Positions 12,870 to 25,904 of a stretch of DNA of 64,000 bases are shown piece by piece. Numbering within the stretch: the first letter of the stretch is position 1; each line of letters starts with the position of its first letter. The translations under genes were made by a program, and so were the position numbers. Location of the stretch: positions 343,108,001 through 343,172,000 of the forward strand of contig NC_067398.1 in NCBI RefSeq assembly GCF_016432865.1. Direction: 5' to 3'. The notes below the pieces were generated by a model that made no database searches, had not been told where the DNA came from, and was given only the letters and a program-made list of their open reading frames with translations. This DNA is from Antechinus flavipes (lineage: Eukaryota).

Positions 12870-13449
12870 TCAACTTTATTCTTAAACCTAACCTAACTCT
12901 GTCCATACATGGAGTTTGGTGTAGAAAGAATAAATCCAGGTAGGGCCCAGTCCAGCTGAGCTATTGGAAAACAGAAAGGGGTTGGGACTGGCCCTGGAAA
13001 CTTGGGACAATGGGGACGGAGCATGGCTGATGAGAGGTGGAAGGGTTAGGAACTCTGGTATCCCTAAAGCTGGGATGGAACTTCCATAAAATAGAAGGGC
13101 ACTGGATTGATTCTCCTAATCCCAGAAAGAAACTGCAAAACTCCAAAGGTCGGGATGTCCAAGCCATCAAGTCAGCACAGGATCAGCCATTTGTGATCAT
13201 TTTATTCAGGACTAAAACCAAGCTCTCCCTGGCATCTCCCATGTTAATGAAGAAACCTTCATTTCCAGTAGAGAAATTTTCCAACCTGGCCTACAGCCCT
13301 CTGGCTTGGCACTAAGGACAGCTGCCCCCACCCATGGATCTGGGGAGGGGATTATGTTCCTGCTTTAGTCCCTGATTCTTCATTGACCAGGGACAGACTG
13401 GGGCAGGCAGGGCAGAGAGGATAGCCCAAGGTGCCTAGTCCTGAAGCTA

Positions 13450-13455
13450 TTTATT
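13450..13455 (-). terminator. BRICD5: BRICD5 poly(A) signal AATAAA
   Basis: Minus strand reads TAG G AATAAA; the signal starts 1 nt after the stop codon. Confidence 0.7.
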
Positions 13456-13456
13456 C

Positions 13457-15895
<2,439 letters not shown>

Positions 15896-18800
15896 GCTGC
15901 AGCCTACTCTGCTCCCACTCACAATGTCTGGATTGTGCTTGGCCCTGCCCAACCTGGCTCCTTAGAGCCAGCCACAGAAACCCAAGGATGTGTCCATCAA
16001 AGCTGAACAATCAGAATCTTCCCGGAGGACCCTCAGATCTACCCCTCCTCCCCCCATGTCACCTGACACTGATATCCCAGGGCAAGACCAGCCAGATCTC
16101 CCTCTTCTCCAGGTGGAGAGAGCTTCTGTCACAGTCCCTCCTAGAACAGGCACCCAATTTACAGGGCCTAGCTGAGATCTATGTCAAGCTTCTTCCAAAC
16201 TTTGTATGAGCATGTATATACACATACCAGTTTAATTTTGTAAAAACCTTGCTTATTAACATGCTGATGAGTCCAACTCAACTCCATTTATTAGCCATGC
16301 AGCTATGGGCATGATTTAGAGTTCCTTTCTCCCCTATATAAAATGAGAGTAAATTTACCTGTCTCCCTCACAGGATTGTTAAAAGTACTTTGCAAAAATC
16401 AGTAGAAATGTGAGCTAACACCATCATTTGCGGGGGCAGCTATGGCATAGGTAAAAAATGTTCAGGTGTATCTGGGGCATTTGCCTATTGACATTCAGGT
16501 AATGCTCTGTTAAGAGTACTTAAATTTTTGCTTTTTCTGTGGTGATATTAAATAGGGAAGTGGGGAAATGCAGATTTGATATGTGTCCAGATATTTGCCA
16601 CAAGTAGCATACATATAGGTCAAGAATTGAAAAAAATATTTTTATTCCTACTTGAGCTTGTATGGAAGGCCTTTAAGGACAGAAACTAGTCTAAGAAATT
16701 GGTTTGAATTCACAAAATGTTCCTACAGAAAGCTCACCAATATCAGCAAGAGCCCTCAATTCAGTGTACACAGAAGAGATCAAGAAAATGGTTGCACAGG
16801 ATTGTGACAATGAAAAATGGCAGTTGAAAAGTACAGGTTCACAGTTCTTTGAGCTGTGATGCAAAAGCTTGGTGGTCCTTAATTTTGTTGGCATATGCTG
16901 TATAGTTGTCTTCATTCCTAAATGGGACTAAAATAGCTTCAGAAAAAGAAACCACTTTAAGAAAGAGTCTGAACAGAAAGAGTCTGAGCAGGTTTGTAAG
17001 TTTAATACGAATTCAGGTAAATACAGTGGGATGAGCCCCAAAGGGCATGAAAGGTTCACAAACATTTTACCAGTACAGTTCCATGGCAGGTAGGACAACC
17101 AAGGGTCTGAGACTTTTGACCTAGAAAACTAACCCAAACAGGCAATATGATATACCTACTTCCTCTACTTTACATTTTGGGTTGTAACACTCTTTAATAT
17201 TGATAAGAACCCTTGACCTGATTTGGCAAAGCCATGCTTTTGAACCACAAAAAGATTTACTTTCTGTAAATCACATGGAGAGGAAACTGGGATGCATGGC
17301 AGACACAGCTGACAGTGCCAAAGAACAGTACCTACTTACTGCCTGTAGCTGAGACTATGGAAGAAGCTGAAGAGACAGGTGTAAGTCCTGTGTATTTATT
17401 GCTTATGGGAACATCCATCCGTGGGTATATTTCAAGTGTGAATTTTCCTGTGAAGTCCTACCATCATGCTGTGCAACCCCATTAACACTGTTTGGAGAGT
17501 TTTTTTTAAAATCAGGATTCTGTTTTTCTAGTACAAAACCATATTTCCACACTGAGGAGGTACCCTATGGCCCAGGGAAGGATCAGAAGCCAAAGGATGC
17601 CCTTTCAGCCTCCAAAGGAAGCGCCAAATGGTGGTGCATATTTCAAACTTCTATAGGCACCTAAGTATCTCTCCATTGCCCTTGTTTAGGGCAAGTAACA
17701 AATTTACACTCCTGGCATCTAAACCCCCAGGTGGTATGAGTGTGTATCTTGTGTCTCATAAGACTGCAAAGCTCCGTACAGCCTTGCACTGCTTTGGCCT
17801 TCTGCTTACAAAGACCCCACCCTCCCTGGCTGGTTCCCACTACCAGACGCAGGTGCAGTTATACAGATTGTTCCTTCAGATGAGGCGCCTTTGTCAGGGC
17901 TCTAAGCTTCTCTTTACAATGAGAGTCAGAAGTCTGGCCTGCCTAAAGGAGACCCTGAAGTTCTTTCACCACCCACAGAAGCACTGCCAGCACATGTCCT
18001 AAGCAAGTATTTGAAATCCCTTAAAATATTCTTCCTAGGACATGAAGCAAGTAATACATTAAGATTTAATTCCACCACTTTACAAAGTTGTTCAAAAGTA
18101 AAAAAATAAGTTTTTGGTACCAATACCCACTTTCAGTTCACTAAACAGCGGTACTAAAACAAGGAGACTGGGTAAAGTGGACACCATTTACATTCTCTCT
18201 AGCACGCACTTCATAAAACTGTTCTATATAATATACTTCACTTAATATTTTAAATAAATATTGAAGATGGATTAAGACATCCTCAGGCCTTCTGAGTTAT
18301 CCTGAGATTTTACAGATATATCTGGATGGAGGCAAAGCAAGGCCCAAGGGCCCCGAGTTTGAAATGCAACAAATGCCCATTTGTGACATCAATCAGAGTG
18401 CAGTTGAATTGAAAGGGGAGGGGTAAGAAATGGGGACAGAACCTTAATGAAGGGTTTCCAAATGGGAATGTGCCCTTCTCTTTCCCCAAGTCTTGGTAAC
18501 GCTAAGGCAAAGGCCTCTAAGAAGAGGCTTGCCAAGGACAAAAAGGTGGTGAAGCCCGGCCTAGTTTGGTTTCTATCAGTTCTCAGAAGTCACAAAATAG
18601 CCCCACCTCCCTGCCTGAAAAAAAGGCTTATCCCTGAATAAACTTTGAATTTCAGATATTTCTGAAAGATAAATTTAAACACAAGTCTGAAATACTCTCC
18701 CTTCCCTAACTCTGCAGCTTCAGTTACAACTCTGAAGTTAGCTGAATCCCTGGGAGGCAGGCATTGCGGTGGGCCCTCCCTCCCAACAAAATACAGTCAG

Positions 18801-19044
18801 GAGCCACTACAATGTTTCCCTCCTTTTCAAAGTGCATCTTAAAATAGAGGAAATTTGTAAACAAAATCATCCCCTCTGCTTGACCCCCCTCCCCAGCTCA
18901 ATTGCAAAGTTTACAAACTAAGATTTTTTAAATTCCAATACATTCTTTGTACTCATCTAGATGAGTACATGCTCAAGCCCACCCATTAATTAAGGTAACT
19001 GATTTTTTATTTTTTATTTTGGAGATTAAAGACACTGTAACTCT

Positions 19045-19370
19045 CTAATCTTCAAGAGCTGGTATAAGGTCGGCTATGCTGTCGACATAGAAATCAGGAA
19101 CCATTTTGTTCCTAGAAGAACAGTCACTTTGCTGGTTGCCTTTCACATCCTCCAGACTGGAGACCCCGGTAAGAGTCAAGATGGTCTTGAGGCCACAGGT
19201 AACCCCCAGGAGGATGTCTGTGTCTAGACGGTCTCCCACCATGACGGTGCGGTCTGGGTTGAGGCCGAACTCCTTGGCCACACAATCGAAGATGAATCTG
19301 CTGGGCTTACCTATGATCTCTGCCTGCCGCTGGGCAGCCATCTCCACCGCTCGGACCAGACAGCCAGTAC
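19045..19370 (-). CDS. PGP: PGP exon 2
   Basis: [24 protein letters not shown]...[12 protein letters not shown]. Confidence 0.97.
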
Positions 19371-20344
19371 CTGTGTTAGGCACAAGGAGAGGATGGTCAG
19401 TAGTCTTACGACCACCCAACTATCTTCTCCGTCCCTACCTGGAGGGAGGAGTCCCAGGGTGAATGGGGTCTTCTGTTCTGGTGACCCTTTTCCCACTATA
19501 TGAGGTCCACTGGGCACTCTCAGCCCCTGGGAAGGTCCTCAGGCAGGGATGCCCTCTGCCCCTGGTGAGCCGGGGTAGGGGACAACAGGCTCGTTGCCCT
19601 AGAATTCCAGAGGGCATGACCTCCCAGCCAGGCCCACCCACCCCCCGGGTCTGCAAACGCCCGGCCCGGCATGAGGCCCCTTCTTAGGCTCCCTCCCTCG
19701 AACTCACCGGCAATGTAGCTTCCACCCTCCAACGGGAGTCGGTTGTCCATGTTGGTGCCCACGAGGAGGCAGCCCGGTTGTTGGAGGTAGCGTACTGCCT
19801 TGGTCAGCTTCGCGTAGCTGAAGTGGGGGTCGAAGCCCACCACCACTGCGCCCACGCCAGGCTCCAAGGGCTCCGCTAGCCAGTCCCCGGGACCGGCGCC
19901 CTGCAAGGGCTCGGGCCCTACGCCCACGCTCGCGATGCCCACGGCCTCCAGCTCGGCGGCCAGGGCCGGACTGCCCAGCACATAGGCCTTGGCCGGGACC
20001 CCGCCGCCCTCCAGGCGCTGCCGGAGGTAGAGGGCGGCGCAGTAGGCCGTGCCAAACACCTCGAGACCGGCGCCGGGCCCCGCGGGACCGCCAAAGCCCA
20101 GGCGCTTCAGCTTCTCAGCGTAGGCCTCGCGGGTCTTGCTGCTGTTGTTGGTCACGAAGCCCAGCCGCTTGCCCCGGGCCCGCAGCGCGGTCAAAGCCTC
20201 GGGCGCGCCGGGTACGGCGGTCTCCCCTCGCCACAGCACGCCGTCGCAGTCGAAGAGCAGCGTGTCCACATCGGCCAGCAGTGCCTGCGCCCTATCGGCA
20301 CTGAGCCGGACGCAGCGGCCATCGTCACCGCCAGCCTCCGCCAT
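19045..20344 (-). CDS. PGP: Phosphoglycolate/glycerol-3-phosphate phosphatase (HAD family), 320 aa
   Basis: Exon 1 19708-20344 (637 nt) + exon 2 19045-19370 (326 nt) = 963 nt. HAD motif [23 protein letters not shown] and [10 protein letters not shown] are intact; G|gtgagt...cacag|GT. Confidence 0.98.
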
Positions 20345-20820
20345 CGCTGCCCGGCCCGCTTGGCCGCCTATCCCGCCCGCACCGGCCGCGGCCCCGGCTT
20401 AGCTCGGACTTGCCCCGCCCCCAACGGCTTCATTGGCCGCGAGGCCACCGCGCGCCCCACCCCCGCCGTCCATCAACCAATCCTAGTCATCCTCCTTGTC
20501 GCGCGCACCGCCCCCGATGCGAACTGGAACGAAGCACCAACTGTCACAGCCCGGCGCGTGATAGCCTATGGAATGCTGGAGCCGATTGGCTGACGAGATC
20601 GGAGTCCGTTGATGATTGGTTGAGAGGTCTCCAATCGGTGCCTCGCTGGATCTCACCTCAAGCTTGCACTTAGTTTTACACCCAACTCACCCTGTCTCCG
20701 GTTAATTCGGCGTGCTTGTGGTAACGCTGCCTCCTAATGGTAGAATTGAGGGATTGCATGATTTCGGTCGGCCCAAGAGAAGGAATGGGTTATTGGGGTG
20801 ATGTTTGACTATCTTCCAAG
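19660..20820. promoter_or_regulatory. CpG island / PGP promoter with GC boxes and five CCAAT boxes
   Basis: Dense CpG; CCCCGCCC boxes near 20413 and 20460; CCAAT/ATTGG at 20432, 20477, 20585, 20615, 20631. Confidence 0.85.
19708..20344 (-). CDS. PGP: PGP exon 1
   Basis: [15 protein letters not shown]...PLEGGSYIA; donor at 19707. Confidence 0.97.
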
Positions 20821-20854
20821 TGCGTGCTCGCGGCAAGCAGCAGAAGCAAACCTG

Positions 20855-20985
20855 AATTTGGAGTCAACAGAGCTGGATTCTAATTCTGTCCCATCTACAA
20901 GTCAATGTGAATTGGGGCAAGTAATTTAACTTCTCACGGCCTCGGATTACCCATCTGCGGTAAAATGAAAGTTGGATTAGAGCCC
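20855..20985 (+). mobile_element. MIR-like CORE-SINE fragment
   Basis: ggggcaagtaatttaacttctc...cccatctg...taaaatg core. Confidence 0.5.
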
Positions 20986-21539
20986 CATTGCCACTCTTAA
21001 ATCCCATGATTGTGAAATCGTTTCAGTAGTGTCTGACTCTTTCTGACCCCATTTGAGGTTTTTTTTTGGCAAAGATACTGGAGTGATTTGCCCTTCTCCA
21101 AAATCCTTTGAATACTTGACTCCAAACCTTTTCAAGAGTAAAAAGCAACTGAAAAGCATTATTGGAAGTGGCTGCTCATTCCCTTTATCTGTATGAGCAG
21201 TAGTAGTATTATGATTAAGAAAGCAAGATATATAAAAATCATCACAAATATAAAATTATGCAAAACAAATTTCGAAATTAGCTGTGTTGGGGGGAGAAAA
21301 ATTCTTTAATCTTCATTCTATCAGTTATATGATATGATATGATATGAAATTGAATAATGTGTTTCATAAAGAATTTTTTGGAACTGTGATGGGTCGTTGT
21401 GTTGGCCAGAGTTTCCAGTTATCTTTACGATATTGCCATTAAATAAATGAATGTAAATTATTCTTCTGGTTCTAGTTATTTCACTTTGTATCAGTTTATA
21501 TGTATTTCAGGGTTTTTTCTGAAACCATTCCCTTTAATC

Positions 21540-21684
21540 TTTTTTTTTTTTTTTTCCTGAGGCAGTTGGGGTTAAGTGACTTGCCCAGGGTCACACAGGA
21601 AGTGTTAAGTGTCTGAGGCTAGATTTGAACTCAGGTCCTGACTTCAGGGCTGGTGCTTTATTCACTGCACCACCAAGCTGCTCC
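21540..21684 (-). mobile_element. WSINE1-like SINE (first of a tandem pair)
   Basis: T-tail plus the same consensus as 12731-12869. Confidence 0.8.
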
Positions 21685-21697
21685 TCAGTATATCATC

Positions 21698-21847
21698 TTT
21701 TTTTTTTTTTTCCCTAAAGGCAATTGGGGTTAAGTGACTTGCCCAGGGTCACACAGCTAGGAAGTATTAAGTGTCTGAGATCAGATTTGAATTCAGGTCC
21801 TCTTAACTTGAGGGCTGGTGCTCTATCCACTGCCTAACTGCCCCCCC
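21698..21847 (-). mobile_element. WSINE1-like SINE (second of a tandem pair)
   Basis: T-tail plus the same consensus. Confidence 0.8.
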
Positions 21848-22047
21848 TTTACCATTTCTTACACTGCTTCATATATTGTCAGTTGCTCATTCATTCCTTA
21901 GTTGATGGTTTCCAATTCTTTGCCACTTCAGAAAGAGTTGCCATAACTTTCATACAAGTTCTTTTTCCTTTCTCTTTCAAAATAAGAAATTTGATGAGAT
22001 GAGACACATCATTAAAATATTGACCTAGATGGGGATATATCTTATTT

Positions 22048-22050
<3 letters not shown>

Positions 22051-22080
<30 letters not shown>
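22051..22080. repeat. (AC)15 microsatellite
   Basis: Direct read. Confidence 0.97.
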
Positions 22081-22084
<4 letters not shown>

Positions 22085-22451
22085 CGGGATTGGTAGGAAG
22101 GGGGCAGGAGGTCAATAGGACTGCATATATAGATATAGATAGATAGATACAGATTTCCTTCTATGAGGAAATCAAAGAATCAGAGTGGTAGAGCATAGTG
22201 AAGAACACTTGGACAGAGATTAGAAACAGAAGCTATAGTCAGTAGAGAACAACAGGATTAAAAAAAGAAGAAATAATTGAGAAGATGAGGAAATAACCAT
22301 AAAACTCCCAGAGATATATAGTAGTTATGTGTGTGAGTGTTTCAATTATCTAGATATGAATGAATGAATGAATGAAATATTTATTAAGCAGTTACTACAT
22401 GAAAAGTACTGTGCTAAGTGTTAGAGACAGAGGTGGCAAGATAGAGTGCTG

Positions 22452-23329
22452 AAATGACAGAAAAAAGAGGATGACAAATGTTGGAGGGGATGTGGAAAAA
22501 CGGACACTAATACATTGTTGATGAAGTTATGAAATGATCCAACCATTCTGGAGAACACTTTGGAACTATGCCCAAGGGGCTATCAAACTGTGCAAACCCT
22601 TTGATCCAGCAATGTTTCTACATAGTGTCTGTATCCCAAAGAGATCTTAAAAGAAGGGAAGGGACCTGTATGTGCCAAAATGTTTGTAGCAGCCCTGTTT
22701 GTAGTGGCCAGAAACTGGAAACTGAGTGGATGCCTATCAGTTGGAGAATGGTTGGGTAAGTTATGGTATATGAATGTTATGGACTATTATCATTCCATAA
22801 AAAGTTATCAGTAGGATTTTAGAAAAGAGAGACTTACATGAATTGATGCAAAGCGAAATGAGCAAAACCAGATCATTATACATGGCAACAACAAGACTAT
22901 ATGATGATCAATTCTGATGGACGTGTCTCTCTTCAACAATGAGATGATTCAAACCAGTTCCAGTCGTTAGTGATGAAGAAAGTCATCTATATCCAGAAAG
23001 AGGACCTGTGGGAACTATATGTGGATCACAACAGTGCATTTTCACACTTTCTGTTGATATGTGTTTGCATTTTGTTTTCTGTTTTTTTTTTTCTTCTTGA
23101 TCCGATTTTTCTTGTGCAGCATGATAATTGTGGAAATATGTATAAAAGAATGGCACATATTTAACATATATTGGATTATTGCTCTCTGGGGAAGGAGTTG
23201 GGGAGGAAGGAGAGGAAAAAACATTTACAATACAAGGTTTTGCAAGGGTGAATATTGAAAACTATGCGTGTGTTTGAAAATAAAAAGCTTTATTAAAATG
23301 TTTTAAAAACTATTTTCACTTTTAAAAAA
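22452..23329 (+). mobile_element. 5'-truncated L1 with 11-bp TSD, inserted into a MAR1-like SINE
   Basis: atagagtgctg at 22441-22451 and 23330-23340; ORF2 C-terminal and 3'UTR sequence. Confidence 0.8.
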
Positions 23330-23330
23330 A

Positions 23331-23530
23331 TAGAGTGCTGGGCCTCAGGAGTCAGGAGTTAGGAGCCAGGAAGACCTGAGTTCAAATTTGACCTGAGACA
23401 CCTACCAGCTCTGTCAATAGACTTAATCTTTGTTTACTTTAATCCACTGAAGAAGGAAATGGCAAATGACTCCAGTAATTTTGACAAGAAAATCCTTTGG
23501 ACATTATAGTCCTTAAGAATAATAACAACA
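23331..23530 (+). mobile_element. MAR1-like SINE (3' part; head at about 22430-22451)
   Basis: gtgctgggcc...gaagacctgagttcaaat...gaagaaggaaatggcaaatgactccagt. Confidence 0.65.
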
Positions 23531-24963
23531 AAGTGTTAGAGAAAGCAGGACAGCCTCTGTTCTGAAGGATTAGGAAGGTTTCAGTTCCAAGTCGGACAAA
23601 GAAGTCCCCTAGTCTTTAGAGTATAGTTACAAAAACTATTTTAATACTTTTTCTTTAATGTCATTTCTACTGATAAAATCCTATCAGTTGAACCATTTGA
23701 TAATGACAAGGGCTTTGACAGCCAGAACTTTCTTTTCTAGCCCTTTAGCAGCTGTGGCTGTAACCCCCGCAGGGGCATTTACCAGCCTGCATTTCCACTG
23801 CTTCCCAGGAAGATGATTGTGGATCCTATTTTCAAGGCATTTGAATTAGGAGTCCTGGCCTGTCTTTAAAAGCTAGTATTTCGGCGGCATGTTACCCCTT
23901 CCCTCCTCTTCCCCAGAGTAATAGCTGCTCTGTGTGTGACACTTGGTTGGCCAGAGAAGATTGCTGGCCCCTTCTCCATAACCATGAGGGCAGTTAATCT
24001 GACATCTACTTCAATTATCTGGTTATCTTTATGCCAAAAAGGCATAACATTAAATAATTTCTTGACTTGCTTTAATGACAATTACATCCTTCAAAAGGCA
24101 GAGAAAACAAGAGGAAATTCTATCCTAGATTTGAGATTGGGCTAAAGAGATTGATGTGAACATACAGGGAATCGCCAATTAAGTTCACTTTTAGAAAAGG
24201 GAAACAAGATCAGATAACAAAAGACCAAGATACAAATGCATGACTGGGCTGTATGAAAATGTCAGTTATGGTAAAGCTCAGAATGGTCCAGGAGCAGTTG
24301 GGATGGGAAGGGTGGGAGCTGGCCACCGAGAGAAAACACATTTTTATTTCTGTAATGCCTGCCTTGATAGGGGGACCTTTCCTGGGCATTCCCATTTCCC
24401 ACTAGGACCAGAGCACCCCAAAGAGCAGTAAAGGATGGGAAGAAGTTCATTTTTCAATTCTAGGACCAACATGGAATTAGAGCTCAGAATGAACAATTCC
24501 AATCTAAGAGTTAGTGGGACCCTGAGGCATGACTGGAGAGATGCCACAGAGATTGAATGAGCCTGGCATTGTGCCAGGGGGAGATACTTTTGCTGGAGAC
24601 CCTTGAACTCCTCTCTCTTACTTCCCTGATCATGCCTGAGTCAGAGTTTGCCTAAGAATTACTCTGCTGCCCTTTGGACAGGAAAGCTCCCCCTGAGCCA
24701 CAGGTGGGCTGTTGTACCTACGGTAAGAGTTCAGGAACTCTTGGTACAAAAGCCATAATGGTTGTTGGTGAAATGCTCTCATCCTCTTAGTTTCCCCCCT
24801 CCCCCTAACCCCACTCTTGACATAGACTTTGGAGCATAGAAAGTGACTCAAAACTACTAATTGGGCTGACAGTTTTGGAGTTGTCCAGAAGATGGCAGAC
24901 ATTCTTATCCCAGCAGCTCTTTGAAGAGTCTCAATACAGTATTTTGTTTGGTTTCTATTTCTT

Positions 24964-25904
24964 CTTCTTCTTTTTAATTAAAGCTTTTTATTTTCAAAAC
25001 ATATGCATGGATGATTTTTAACATTAACTCTTTTTTTTATTATAGCTTTTTATTTACAAGTTCTATGCATGGGTAATTTTACAGCATTGACAACTGCCAA
25101 ATATTTTGCTCCAATTTTTCCCCTCCTTTCCCCCACTCCCTCCTCTAGATGGCAGGTTTACCAATACATGTTTAACATTAACTCTTGCAAAATCTTGTGT
25201 TCCAATTTTTCTCCCCTTTTCCCCACCCCCTCCCCTAGATGTCATGCAATCCAATAAATATATGTTAAACATGGTAAAACTATATATTAAATCCAATATA
25301 TGAATACATATTTATATAATTATCTTGATGCACAAGAAAAATCAAATCAAAAAGGAAAAAAAATTAGAAAATAAAATGCAAGCAAACAACAAAAACAGTG
25401 AAAATGCTATGTTGTGGTCCATACTCAGTTCCCACAGTTCTCTCTCTGGATGTAGATGGCTCTCTTCATCACAAGACCATTGGAATTGGTTTGAATCATT
25501 TCAGTGTTGAAAAGAGCCACGTCCAACAGAGCTGATCATCACATAATTTTGCTATTGCTATATACAATGATCTCCTGGTTCTGCTCATGTCTCTCCAGAC
25601 TTTTCTGAAATAATCCTGCTGGTCATTTCTTACAGAACAATGATATTCCATAACATTCATATACCATAATTTATTCAGCCATTCTCCAATGGATGGGTAT
25701 CCACTCTATTTCCAGTTTCTGGCCACTACAAAAAGGACTGCTACATTTTTGCATATGTGGATCCCTCTCTCTTCTTTAAGATCTCTTTGAGATATAAGTC
25801 CAGTAAAACACTGCTGGCTCAGGGTAGGCAGTTTGATAACCCTTTGGGCATAGTTCCAAATTGCTCTCCAGAATGGTTGGATTAATTCACAAGTCCACCA
25901 ACAC
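24964..25904 (-). mobile_element. 5'-truncated L1 with 15-bp TSD
   Basis: tggtttctatttctt at 24949-24963 and 25905-25919. Confidence 0.85.
25033..25170 (-). mobile_element. Short L1 3' end nested in the previous L1, 16-bp TSD
   Basis: tttaacattaactctt at 25017-25032 and 25171-25186. Confidence 0.85.

Larger units (their letters stand above)
21230..22030 (-). mobile_element. Old L1 3' fragment hosting two WSINE1 copies
   Basis: L1-type sequence (gaaaccattcccttta ... ccatttcttac ... tttccaattctttgccac) is continuous across the SINE pair. Confidence 0.55.

Noticed and set aside
16691-16915. Stop-poor stretch on both strands (74-aa minus ORF; plus frame EIGLNSQ...FFEL*)
   Set aside because: No homology I recognise and no splice context; probably UTR or intergenic.
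19520-19707. C-terminal extension of the 274-aa PGP ORF
   Set aside because: Intron read-through past the G|GTGAGT donor; it would lose HAD motifs III/IV in exon 2.
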